Shown here: one piece after another, positions 36,221 through 49,700 of the stretch | Position numbering within the stretch: the first letter of the stretch is position 1 | Layout of the letters: each line of letters begins with the position of its first letter | Assembly: GCA_950097015.1 (NCBI GenBank) | Contig: CATNEN010000025.1 | Span: 806,001 to 870,000 of the forward strand | DNA: 64,000 bases | Source of the DNA: Macrostomum hystrix | Taxonomy: Eukaryota > Animalia > Platyhelminthes | Direction of reading: 5' to 3' | Position numbers and translations under genes: made by a program | Notes under the pieces: model-generated | What the model was told of the DNA's origin: nothing | The model's input: only the letters and a program-made list of their open reading frames with translations | Databases searched by the model: none

Positions 36221-37615
36221 AGTGTTTTTCGACATGTTGTGAGTGCTTGTTTTCCAAGAAAGGAAAATGTAAAATTCAATGTTTAAATTTTTTGTTAACC
36301 AGTTAAATTAATTATTAGCTTGAGACGACAAACGAAGCTAAATTAACGATTTTTTTACTATTAACTCGTCCATATGCACATAAAAAAAGAAAGTTTTTCT
36401 GTATCAGCTAAGTAAACTTGCAACATAGCGAATTCCACGTGTGCACTTTTTTAATCGGTTTAATTTTCCAAGTTTATTGAGTATCTATATAGTACATACT
36501 GCAAGTGTACATTATATGAGCTTACTATGCAAAGAGTCTACTTTTTGTGAAAAAAAGTTTCTCTTAAAAGTCCAGACTAGCTATAGTTATATTATGTTGC
36601 AGTTAAGCAGTTGGAAATGTAAATATTTTACACGTTTGATATTATTTTTAGGTGCTTCTAAGAATAAAAAAAGTCAAAAGTGCCAATCCAAGACACAATA
36701 GCTAGCTAGCTAGCACATAAAATATCACAATTTTATAAATATCAGAAACTAAGGAAATATAATTTTTTAATAGGAACAAAGTATAGGCAAGACAAATCAA
36801 CCTATCTATTAAACTATTAAAAGGAAATGTCAATAATAATTGTTTTATACTTAATAATTGTAGCTAGACCCTAACTTTAATAGCAGTCTCTGTATATGCA
36901 AGAATTAGTCTTACACTTTACTAATAGCTAGCTAAAGCATAGTTATTTCTTCATAGGTCTATCATAAGAAAATTTGGTGCTAAATAAAATTATTTTGTCA
37001 ATTTTTATTCAGTTTTTTCTCTTGTGTTTTTAGTTTGAATTATCCCCTTATTAGCTATTGACTGTTAGCTAAAGGTATTATATTAAATCTAACAATAGAG
37101 ATGCTGCTAAATCAGTTTTTTTTGTTAATTCCCTGCTATTGTATCTATTGTATTTTTGTGGCCACTGGCCAGATATATTATTTCAGTTATTTATTACTAT
37201 CAACTCAACCCCTCTAAATTTGTAATTTTCAATGTTTTAAAGTGAGGCAAATTGTAATAATTATATAGTAATAAATAAGCAATGAGTATGACGTTTTTGA
37301 AATAGTCAATGTAAGTACTAACTTATTTTAAATTAGATTAAACATTTTTTTATTATTGCAACAGCAACTACTTACTATTTTTAGTTCTTTTGGTTGATAC
37401 CTATTCTTTTAATGTCCAAGTAACACAAATTTATTGTTATTAAAGCTGTTGTACATTGGTTTTTATAGTGTAATTATTTTTATTTCATTTCCAGCAACTT
37501 CCATTTGTTATTTTATGTCTGCATGATGTGCAAAGAAATGCTTGGACAGTAGCTTTGTCTGTCTAAGCAGAGTCCTCAAAATTCACATAGTTCCGAAACA
37601 ACCTACAAATAAATC

Positions 37616-37705
37616 ATGGACGAAAATGAAGAACAGCTTGCCAGGCTGAAAGAGATCATTCGGCACAGTGAAGAGGAACTGAAGAAGAAGGAACACAAAT
37701 ATCAG
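37616..37705 (+). CDS. Golgin coding exon 1 (MDENEEQLARLKEIIRHSEEELKKKEHKYQ)
   Basis: Below the ORF-track cutoff; donor CAG|GTTCAT. Confidence 0.75.
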
Positions 37706-40700
37706 GTTCATATTTCGATTTATGTTGCAAAATTATTCTAAAAATTGACACTTTTTTCCACAGCTACATTATTAATTAGATGAGAACTCCAACCGTTTAG
37801 CTTGTAATCTATTTTTGGCTTTTCATGTTGTTTTCTTTGCATAACCTTTGTCTTCAAGGATGAGATATCAGCTCTGCACGCGGCCAGCGTGTTCAAAGAC
37901 GATCGTCTGTCCCAGCTGAATAGCCAGATTCTCCAGCTGGAGGGTCAGGCGCACGAGCTGCGCGAGAGTGTCGCCGAGCAGCTGCAGGTTGTTGAGTCTC
38001 GGGACGCAGCCATCAGGCTGATGCGCGAACAGCAGGCCGCAGCGCTGCGCCAGAAGGAGGAGCAGTTCGCCGAGAGGCTGGCAGCCACGCAGCGCCACTT
38101 TGAGGACTGCCTGGGCGAGAAGGAGGACGAGATGGCCCGCTTGATGGACACCATCAGGGTAATAAAAAAATAATAATAATTTCAGGAGGGCTGCAGGCTA
38201 TAGCGCACCAAAACTATCATTTGGTCAGAGCGGTTAACGCGTTTGCCTCTCGCACCAAGGTCCCTGGCGAGGCCACATTTATTTTGGGTGCAGGTGCGTA
38301 GATAAGGCTTGGGGCCTTTTCGTTCAATTTGTGCCTTTTAGGGCCAACCTCCAAGGCACAGTGAGAGTGTACACTTGCCTGAAGATGAGAAAGTCAGGGC
38401 AGATATACACACCAGTGTTAGTGGGTGCCTGCGTACATTATCTGGGTGTGTTCTCAGGAGTCAGTGAAATGGGCAAAATTGCCTTCTCGATGGCTGCGGG
38501 TCTAGTGTCACCAAATGATGTGCCGTTGCCCACAGCCCTTCTTCAGTTATTATATTATAATTATATAGTAAATGCAAAAAGAACAGTTTTTCTTCATTTT
38601 TAGCGAAAGCAGGAGGAGATTGCTATGAAAGATGACGACATGCTGATTTTGATGAAGAGTCACGAGGAGTCCGTTAAAAAGTTGTTTAAAGGTAAGTTTG
38701 TTTTTTTTACAAAAGAGTTGTGACTGGTCATTTAGTTAAAGTACATGGGCAAACAACTGCTAAACTTCTCCGCCATTGCGCAGAGGCCAGCAAGCAGAAT
38801 GTGGACGCTGTCTATGAAACTCAGCTGCGCGACTGTCAGGAGGCTCTCAGACAGAAGATCGACCGGCTTAAGGATGCAGAAAGCCAATTATTGGAGCAGC
38901 AGAGTCAGCTAGCCCAGAGAGACTTTGCTGTCAAAGAGCTTAAAAATGAGCTTAATAATTTGAAGGTGAGTTAATAGATTTTATAGTTTTTTTAATGATT
39001 ATAGACAATACACTTGTAGAAGAAGCAATCTTCTACTTTTTCTCTACTTTAAGTAGCAGGCATGCCAAAAGGGTCGAGGAAAAAAATTCAAGACAAAAGA
39101 TAGCGGGCAAAACGGTCCTTTTAAGGTCCATACTTTAGTCAAGTGTAAGTTATTCAAAATGAGGTACAATGATATCATTCAGAGCAGGTATTAAAACAAA
39201 TGACATTTATAGAGAAACTGGTTTTCATTTTATTAGGTGCTTTAATTTCGTGGCTGTAAAGTTATCAAGAAAAATAGCCTTGTAATTATGATCAAGACAT
39301 TTAGTTTGCTAGACTAGCATATTAATTCCCCATTGGGGAGCCTGGAAAAAGCGCACGTAATTCGAAGAAAATATTTTAAAGTCGAAAAGAGAATTAGTTA
39401 TAATAAAGTACTGCTTTCCACTCCACAAAGTTTTTTGTTTATCAAATTTTAATAAAAGGAAAAATGGAAATTCCCACTCCATCTCTCAACAAATCCCCAC
39501 TCCATCTCTCAACAAATCCCCACTCCATCTCTCAACAAATCCCCACTCCATCTCTCAACAAATCCCCACTCCATCTCTCAACAAATCCCCACTCCATCTC
39601 TCAACAAATCCCCACTCTGTCACCCAAAAATCCCCATTCATTCACCCAACAAATCATCACTCTATCTCCCAACAAGTGCCCAATGTATCACCCATTAAAT
39701 CCCCACTATATCACCCAACAAATCCCCACTCTATCACCCAACAAATCCCCACTCTTTCACCCAAAAAATCACCACTCTTTCACCCAAAAAATCACGGCTC
39801 TTGCACCCAAAAAATCACCACTCTTTCACCCAAAAATATCGCCACTCTCATCGCCCAACAAATGCCTACTCTATCACCCAACAAATGCCTACTCTATCAC
39901 CCAACAAGTCCCCACTCTTTATCCCAACAAACTCTCAGTCTATCATCAACAAATGCTCACTCTTTCAACCAAAAAATCACCACCAACAAATCCCCCAAGC
40001 CCCAACAACGCCGAGTCAGTCTGTATTTCAGAAAACCAGGATTCTTTTCTTCCAGAAATCAGTCGTTGACGCTGAAGCCGCTGCCGCGGCGGCCACCAGC
40101 ACCTCGGAGGCTCAGCTGGCAGCCGCCAACGAAGCGGCACGCAAGGAGCTGCAGGCGGAGAGGAAGCGGCATCTGGCTGCCAAGGCCAAGGCGAAATCAT
40201 TGGAGCGGCAGCTAGCTAAGGCCAAGGAGGAGCAAGCTGAGGTCAGTTCGCCTTGTCTGCGTGCTTGTACATCGAGGCTTTTTGCCTAGTTTTAAGGTGG
40301 ATGGACTTATACTACGGTCAATACCTGTACTGCTACCACATATTAGTAGAGACATCTCTCGGTATAGAAATTTAGTAATGTACTCTTGTATTAAAATATA
40401 ATATAGAACTACACCTAGCTCGAAAGCTATTGCGCGGCGCTTAAATAAACTGCGCAAAGGCTGTGTCCAGCAGTTCAGTCCGTGGACTGTGTAGTACACG
40501 ACACCCACCCAATTGTCACCCAGTTGTTAAAAAGGTATCAGCATCAGTTGGTGTAATAAGAGTGGGTGTAGCGTCCCCCTAGTCTATGGACTGAACAGCC
40601 GTACGCAGCCTTCAGATGTGCTGCGCAATAGCTGCGGCAGCGGTTGCACATCTGACTCAATCGGGGCAGGTGTAATTCATTAGCAAATATTATTACTATA

Positions 40701-43700
40701 CTATCATTAATAGTACTATTGCTACTACCTCGCAGGCTGCCAGTCAGTGGGCTCGCGAAGCCGAAGAGCTGCGGTCAAAGGCGTCCCAACTTGAGTCTGA
40801 GCGCAATGGCTTGGAGCAGCGCCTGACTGAACTGCAGACAGCGGCTGCTGCTATTGCCGTGCCAGCAGCTCCGGTTGCCACGGCAACGGCCCCAGCCGCT
40901 GTGGACGATCTACGCGGTGAGCTTCAAGCTGAAAAGAAAAAGCATCTGTCAACGAAGGCGCGGGTCAAGTCGCTGGAGAAGCAGCTGAAGGCGCTGGAGG
41001 CGCAACTGCAGCAGGCCAAGGCGAGCTGTCAGGTGAGTTTTATTGTCTCAGTTGGCCTTTTGTCAAAATAAGCTAAGAGGGGATGATAGGTCTGAGGATC
41101 GAATTTCCTATCGAATTATTTGTATCCTCTGAAAATGACATTTATTGCCCAGCCCATTAAATCAAACAGCTTAACTGTGAAAATGACATTTATGTCGATG
41201 GCTGTAGATCTTATCCAACTCTTTAGATTAAATAACGCATGTTTTCTAACTCTTTAAATACTACCGTCTTGGCAACGTTCGCTTTCTAAATAAAAACTCG
41301 ACCGAGTAATTCAGTATTTTTTGTTTATTGTCCAATTTTGGTCACAGGATTGTTTGTGTGAATTTTTTTCTACTTTCAAGTTACTTTTATGGTTGCTAGT
41401 TAGCTCATTTCGGTTATGGTGTAGTTATTATCAGTTTTTGTACTATTCGCTTTAATATCAGCGTTCTTATTGCAGGACACGGGCTCTGAGAGCAGCCCGG
41501 AACATCAGACAGAGACCAGCGAACTGCAGCAGCAACTAGCAGACCCGACAGAGCCAACTGAATATTCCAAGGCTGTGCGGTCAATGCTGACTAAGAAAAC
41601 TGAGGAGCTGGCCAAGCTGCAAGATGAGCACTCTGAGCTCAAACAGCTGGTCGATCGTCTGGAGTCGGAGAAAGTGCAGCTGTCTGAACAGATTGCTCTG
41701 CTAACCAATTCAAAGCAAAATGCTGAGTCCAACTCGTCAGATTTAAAAAACATTGTGCAGCAACTTGAATCAGAAAAGATGTTGATTGTCGCGGAAAATG
41801 AGCGAATTATACAGGAACTCAGCTCCGCAAGAGCTCTACTAGAAGAGACAAAACAAGTATCAGCAGTGATGCAAATAGAAAATGCAGAACGTTTTGATGA
41901 AATCAGGCAACTGACGAACGAATTGCAACTCTCAAAGGTTGATTATGATGAGCTTCGAAAGCAAATCGATAGTCTGCAATCGGATAAATCCGAGCAATTT
42001 TCTAGCCACAAGGAGCGAATGACAGAACTCACTGAGAAGCTGCAAGTCAGCGAGTCAAGCTCAAATGATCTGCAACAGCAATTGACAGAACTCACTCAGA
42101 AGATGCAAGTCAGCGAGTCAAACTCAAGTAATCTGCAACAGCAATTGACAGAACTCACTGAGAAGCTGCAATCGACTGAGTCAAGCTCAAATGATCTGAA
42201 ACAGCAATTGACAGAACTCATTGAGAAGCTGCAAGTTAGCGAGTCAAGCTTAAATGATCTGCAACAGCAATTGACAGAACTCACTCAGAAGATGCAAGTC
42301 AGCGAGTCAAACTCAAGTAATCTGCAACAGCAAGTTACAGAACTCACTGAGAAGCTGCAATCGACTGAGTCAAGCTCAAATGATCTGAAACAGCAAGTGA
42401 CAGAACTCATTGAGAAACTGCAAGTCAGCGAGTCAAACTCAAATGATCTGCAACAGCAAGTGACAGAACTCACTGAGAAGCTGCAATCGACTGAGTCAAG
42501 CTCAAATGATCTGAAACAGCAATTGACAGAACTCATTGAGAAGCTGCAAGTCAGCGAGTCAAGCTCAAATTATCTGCAACAGCAAGTGGCAGAACTCACT
42601 GAGAAGCTGCAATCGACTGAGTCAAGCTCAAATGATCTGAAACAGCAATTGACAGAACTCATTGAGAAGCTGCAAGTTAGCGAGTCAAGCTCAAATGATC
42701 TGCAACAGCAAGTGGCAGAACTCACTGAGAAGCTGCAAGTCAGCGAGTCAAGCTCAAATGATCTGCAACAGCAAGTGGCAGAAATCACTGAGAAGCTGCA
42801 AGTCAGCGAGTCAAGCTCAAATGATCTGCAACAGCAAGTGGCAGAACTCACTGAGAAGCTGCAAGTCAGCGAGTCAAACTCAAGTAATCTGCAACAGCAA
42901 GTGGCAGAAATCACTGAGAAGCTGCAAGTCAGCGAGTCAAGCTCAAATGATCTGCAACAGCAAGTGGCAGAACTCACTGAGAAGCTGCAAGTCAGCGAGT
43001 CAAGCTCAAATGATCTGCAACAGCAAGTGGCAGAACTCACTGAGAAGCTGCAAGTCAGCGAGTCAAACTCAAGTAATCTGCAACAGCAAGTGGCAGAACT
43101 CACTGAGAAGCTGCAATCGACTGAGTCAAGCTCAAATGATCTGAAACAGCAAGTGGCAGAACTCACTGAGAAGCTGCAATCGACTGAGTCAAGCTCAAAT
43201 GATCTGAAACAGCAATTGACAGAACTCATTGAGAAGCTGCAAGTTAGCGAGTCAAGCTTAAATGATCTGCAACAGCAATTGACAGAACTCACTCAGAAGA
43301 TGCAAGTCAGCGAGTCAAACTCAAGTAATCTGCAACAGCAAGTTACAGAACTCACTGAGAAGCTGCAATCGACTGAGTCAAGCTCAAATGATCTGAAACA
43401 GCAAGTGACAGAACTCATTGAGAAACTGCAAGTTAGCGAGGCAAGCTCAAATGATCTGCAACAGCAAGTGGCAGAACTCACTGAGAAGCTGCAAGTCAGC
43501 GAGTCAAGCTCAAATGATCTGAAACAGCAATTGACAGAACTCATTGAGAATCTGCAAGTCAGCGAGTCAAACTCAAGTAATCTGCAACAGCAAGTGACAG
43601 AACTCACTGAGAAGCTGCAATCGACTGAGTCAAGCTCAAATGATCTGAAACAGCAAGTGGCAGAACTCACTGAGAAGCTGCAATCGACTGAGTCAAGCTC

Positions 43701-46700
43701 AAATGATCTGAAACAGCAATTGACAGAACTCACTGAGAAGCTGCAATCGACTGAGTCAAGCTCAAATGATCTGAAACAGCAATTGATAGAACTCATTGAG
43801 AAGCTGCAAGTTAGCGAGTCAAGCTCAAATGATCTGCAACAGAAAGTGGCAGAACTCACTGAGAAGCTGCAAGTCAGCGAGTCAAACTCAAGTAATCTGC
43901 AACAGCAAGTGGCAGAACTCACTCAGAAGCTGCAAGTTAGCGAGTCAAGCTCAAATGATCTGCAACAGCAAGTGGCAGAACTCACTGAGAAGCTGCAAGT
44001 CAGCGAGTCAAACTCAAATGATCTGCAACAGCAGTTTTCAGAGAAAGAAAAATTATTAAACGATTTAGAGAAGAAGCTGGATTTCGCTCAGCAACGAATT
44101 AAAGAGTTGACTTCGGAATCACATTCATCCCTTCAAGATATGTCGAAGAGAATGGATGAGCAAGAAGCGATTAATCTAAATCTTGAGCGTTGTCTTAACG
44201 TGAAATCGGATGAATTATCATCTCTACAAAAGTCTTTCGACGAGTTCACTGCAGAGAAATGTGCAGAAGTTTCCGAGCTTTCACTTGAAGTGCGTAGCTT
44301 GCATCAAAAGTTAAACGATTCGGAGATTCGCATTTCTGATTTGATTATCTCTTCAAGCAAGCTGCAAGAAGAAGCTGTTACACTGAATCAGTCAATCCAG
44401 GATTTACAGTCACGAAACGAATTTCTTACAAAAGCTTTAGAAGCTTCTGAGAATGAAAAATTCTCCAGTGATCGCGCTCTTAATGCTAAAATTTTAGAAA
44501 GAGATGAAGAAGTGAGTCGTTTTCAATCGTGTTTGGAGGACTTAAAGCTCCAGCTGAATGAAATGAGGTCCACGTCAGAAGCATCTGGAAATGAGCTAAT
44601 GAATAGATTTGAAGAGTGCGACAAAGCCAGGGTTGCAGAGATAAACGAGCTCAAGGGTTTTGTTACGCAAAAGGACGCACAACTGACTGCAGTCCAAGAC
44701 CGCATTGAAAAGCTTAAAGAAGAGCTTGAGTCGAGTCAGAACGAAGTATCTGTGTTAAAGGAGCAGCTGCTTAATTCGACAGAACAAATCAGTTTGCTAA
44801 TCCATGAAAAGAATGATCTAACGGAAGATGCCGTAGAAGCCAAGCGTGTTTTGGAAGAAGCATCCGATCGTATTGAGGAGTTGGAATCTTTAGAACAGAA
44901 ATGTGTTGTATTGCAGCGCACTGTGGAAGCTCTGCAGATCTCTCTAACCTCTTCAGAGAACGAATGTCAGAGTCTTCGTTCGCTTCTACAGACGGTTAGC
45001 GACTCCAAGGGTGACTGTGAAATGCAAATCTGGGAGCTAGAAGAGACGAAAAAGTCTCTAATCACTCAACTTTCCCAGGCGGACGCTGAAAGCCGCGAAT
45101 TGTCAGAAAAGCTACAAAAGTCTGTCGTTGAGCAAATCAGCATTCAATCCGAACAGGCTCACTTGCACAACCAGTTAGATTCTAGTGAGCGCAAGCAGCA
45201 GAAGCAGGCTGATGAAATTGAAGCGCTCAAGCGTAATCTAGATGATGTAACGACTCAATTGGTCAATGTCATTCAACAGCGCGATCGAATCCAATCTTTG
45301 CGAAATGAGGAGGTCGAGGCGTTGAAATCTGAATGCAAAAGCTTGGACAAGCAGTTGTATGAACGAAACCAGGAGGCTGAAAGTATGAAAAGCACGTTGC
45401 AGAAGTTAAGTCAACAGGTAGAAGTAATTGACGATTTGAACCATCAAAATGTTTCTCTTCAGGGTCAACTGGCTGAGGCAAAAGATTCTATCGCTGACAT
45501 TAGTGATGAGAATTCTAAATTGCGAGATCGTTTGCAGGCAACAATTACAGAAAACTCAGATCTGAAAGAGTCCGTAAATACAGTTAGTTATCAGGCAGAT
45601 CAGTGGCATTCTTCTTTAATCAGCCATCAGCGCGAATTAGAGAGCCTACAAAAAACACTGACTTACGCTGAGTCCGAATTCGCTGAGGCGCGTCAGGAGA
45701 ATGCAGGCTTGCAACAGAAAATTATGCAGGCTAAAGAAGAAACTCGTGTCCTCAAAGAGAAATGTGCCAGACAAGAGGAGCATTTGCAGCGTATCGAAGA
45801 TGAAAATGCCAATCTCACTACGCAATGTCGGACGCTAAAACACAATTGCGTCGATCTTGAATCCCATCTTGAATCCATAAAGGCAGAGTACTTTGTACTG
45901 CAAAGAGATCACTCTGCACTAGAGTCCTCAAGTGAGCAACTATCCGCAAATTTCAGTGAGAACCAACTGCAATTAGAGCAGCTGGATGACCAGCTGGATC
46001 GATTAACTTCTGACAAGCAACTGTTGCTTCAAGAGTGCAAGCTTCTTAAGGAAGAAAATCAATCTCTCCACAGCCTCCTCGATTCAGTAAAAGCAAACAG
46101 CAATGAGTGCCAAGAAAGACTGCATTCCTCATTAGAGGAGATTAGATCTCTATCTGACAGTGTGAGTGAACTAAAAGAAAATGAGGACAAGTTGCACGAA
46201 ATTCAACGGAATTTAATTGTGGCCAACGAAAACTTCGAGCTCAAATGTTCTCGCCTGGACGAGGATAATTCTCAGTTGCGACAGGTTGTCGAAGATTTAA
46301 AGTTGATGGTTGAAGAAATAGAATCAAAGCTATCCGAAAAATCTAACGAAGCAAGCAAGTACCAAACGGCAGAGATGTTGCTACTTGCAGAAGTCGATCA
46401 ACTCCGAGCTGAACTTCTCACACGAGAGGAAAAAATTTCCGAGGTAAGTTCCAAGGCACGCCTTAATTCTGACCTATTAGCTCGCATATCTGACAATGTC
46501 GCTGACCTAATAAACGCTACCAGAGAGTGGTCTCTAGAATGTAATTCAACCATTACTGTTGATGTGAGTCCCGGTTGCTCTATCGAAAATTGTATAGAAC
46601 ACATAACGAAATTCGTGTGTTCGGCAAGAAGGGCATCCATGGACGCAAGTACTCAATCAACTCTTCAAAAGCAGAAACTGGAGCAAGTGGAACAAAATCT

Positions 46701-49700
46701 AGCCAAAGCACTAAAGGAGAAGAACGACACAGAAGCTGCTTTAGAATTCACTCGAGACTCACACATTGCTTGCGAAAATAAATTAAAAGACATCACAGCT
46801 AACTACGAAAATACACGTTCAAGATTAGAAAAAATGAAGACAAAAATGAATAATATCATTCAAACCATATCAAATCAAGAAAGCATTAACGCGGAAATAA
46901 CTGCACAAAATGCGGAGCTGAAACAGGCTATTAGCAACTTAGAAACTAGCAAGCAGGCACTTCACAGCGAGCTTACACAAACAGAAAAACAAAAGGACGA
47001 GAAGCTCAATGAGTTACAAAAACTGTTATTCGAGTCACATAAAGCTAATGATAAGTTAACAACAAGTATGTCTGAGCTGAGCGACTCAAAGGCATCGCTT
47101 GAGGAGCAGCTTCGCTCGCTTGGTGAGGCCAAGCAGAAAGACGAGCAGAAGCTCACTCGCGCTTCCGAAGTGCACGAGAAAATGAGCGGCAAGCTAAAGA
47201 AGGTTCTGGAGTCTAACAAGCTTCTCAAGGTCAAGGTGAAGGAGCTTCAGGAAAAAGTGGACGCTCTTCAGAGAGAGATTGACGAGTCCAGTGAATCTTC
47301 AAAATCTCAAGAGACTAAGATCAGTGAGCTCTCCGAAGCGAATTGCAGTCTTGTTGCACAAGTTGACTCAAAGTCGAAGCAGATTGCTGATCTCGAAGAG
47401 TCCGTTGAACAGCAGTCCAACACTATCGAAAGACTGACTACTGAGCTGCACAGCCTGGATTCGGCCAGAGCAAACGTTTCTTCTGAGCTCAGAGCGACAG
47501 AGGAAGCAAAGTCGCAGCTTGAGTCTCGAGTATCTGATCTGCTTGCTCAAAATGAAGGTCTGGAAGAGCAAGTTAGGAGGCTTCGTGAAGAGTCCAGTGA
47601 GCTGCAGTCATCAAAGCAGGCTTTGGACGAGGCAAATGAAGCACTAACAAGAAGTGTGTCTGAGCTGAGCGACTCAAAGGCATCGCTTGAGGAGCAGCTT
47701 CGCTCGCTTGGTGAGGCCAAGCAGAAAGACGAGCAGAAGCTCACTCGCGCTTCCGAAGTGCACGAGAAAATGAGCGGCAAGCTAAAGAAGGTTCTGGAGT
47801 CTAACAAGCTTCTCAAGGTCAAGGTGAAGGAGCTTCAGGAAAAAGTGGACGCTCTTCAGAGAGAGATTGACGAGTCCAGTGAATCTTCAAAATCTCAAGA
47901 GACTAAGATCAGTGAGCTCTCCGAAGCGAATTGCAGCCTTGTTGCACAAGTTGACTCAAAGTCGAAGCAGATTGCTGATCTCGAAGAGTCCGTTGAACAG
48001 CAGTCCAACACTATCGAAAGACTGACTACTGAGCTGCACAGCCTGGATTCGGCCAGAGCAAACGTTTCTTCTGAGCTCAGAGCGACAGAGGAAGCAAAGT
48101 CGCAGCTTGAGTCTCGAGTATCTGATCTGCTTGCTCAAAATGAAGGTCTGGAAGAGCAAGTTAGGAGGCTTCGTGAAGAGTCCAGTGAGCTGCAGTCATC
48201 AAAGCAGGCTTTGGACGAGGCAAATGAAGCACTAACAAGAAGTGTGTCTGAGCTGAGCGACTCAAAGGCATCGCTTGAGGAGCAGCTTCGCTCGCTTGGT
48301 GAGGCCAAGCAGAAAGACGAGCAGAAGCTCACTCGCGCTTCCGAAGTGCACGAGAAAATGAGCGGCAAGCTAAAGAAGGTTCTGGAGTCTAACAAGCTTC
48401 TCAAGGTCAAGGTGAAGGAGCTTCAGGAGAAAGTGGACGCTCTTCAGAAAGAGATTGACGAGTCCAGTGAATCTTCAAAATCTCAAGAGACTAAGATCAG
48501 TGAGCTCTCCGAAGCGAATTGCAGCCTTGTTGCACAAGTTGACTCAAAGTCGAAGCAGATTGCTGATCTCGAAGAGTCCGTTGAACAGCATTCCAACACT
48601 ATCGAAAGACTGACTACTGAGCTGCACAGCCTGGATTCGGCCAGAGCAAACGTTTCTTCTGAGCTCAGAGCGACAGAGGAAGCAAAGTCGCAGCTTGAGT
48701 CTCGAGTATCTGATCTGCTTGCTCAAAATGAAGGTCTGGAAGAGCAAGTTAGGAGACTTCGAGAAGAGTCCAGTGAGCTGCAGTCATCAAAGCAGGCTTT
48801 GGACGAGGCAAATGAAGCACTAACAAGAAGTGTGTCTGAGCTGAGCGACTCAAAGGCATCGCTTGAGGAGCAGCTTCGCTCGCTTGGTGAGGCCAAGCAA
48901 AAAGACGAGCAGAAGCTCACTCGCGCTTCCGAAGTGCACGAGAAAATGAGCGGCAAGCTAAAGAAGGTTCTGGAGTCTAACAAGCTTCTCAAGGTCAAGG
49001 TGAAGGAGCTTCAGGAAAAAGTGGACGCTCTTCAGAGAGAGATTGACGAGTCCAGTGAATCTTCAAAATCTCAAGAGACTAAGATCAGTGAGCTCTCCGA
49101 AGCGAATTGCAGTCTTGTTGCACAAGTTGACTCAAAGTCGAAGCAGATTGCTGATCTCGAAGAGTCCGTTGAACAGCAGTCCAACACTATCGAAAGACTG
49201 ACTACTGAGCTGCACAGCCTGGATTCGGCCAGAGCAAACGTTTCTTCTGAGCTCAGAGCGACAGAGGAAGCAAAGTCGCAGCTTGAGTCTCGAGTATCTG
49301 ATCTGCTTGCTCAAAATGAAGGTCTGGAAGAGCAAGTTAGGAGACTTCGAGAAGAGTCCAGTGAGCTGCAGTCATCAAAGCAGGCTTTGGACGAGGCAAA
49401 TGAAGCACTAACAAGAAGTGTGTCTGAGCTGAGCGACTCAAAGGCATCGCTTGAGGAGCAGCTTCGCTCGCTTGGTGAGGCCAAGCAAAAAGACGAGCAG
49501 AAGCTCACTCGCGCTTCCGAAGTGCACGAGAAAATGAGCGGCAAGCTAAAGAAGGTTCTGGAGTCTAACAAGCTTCTCAAGGTCAAGGTGAAGGAGCTTC
49601 AGGAGAAAGTGGACGCTCTTCAGAAAGAGATTGACGAGTCCAGTGAATCTTCAAAATCTCAAGAGACTAAGATCAGTGAGCTCTCCGAAGCGAATTGCAG

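Noticed and set aside
39464-40289. ORFs of 201, 179 and 162 aa upstream of golgin exon 5
   Set aside because: Derived from the 23-bp array; only 40056-40241 has splice-site and protein-level support
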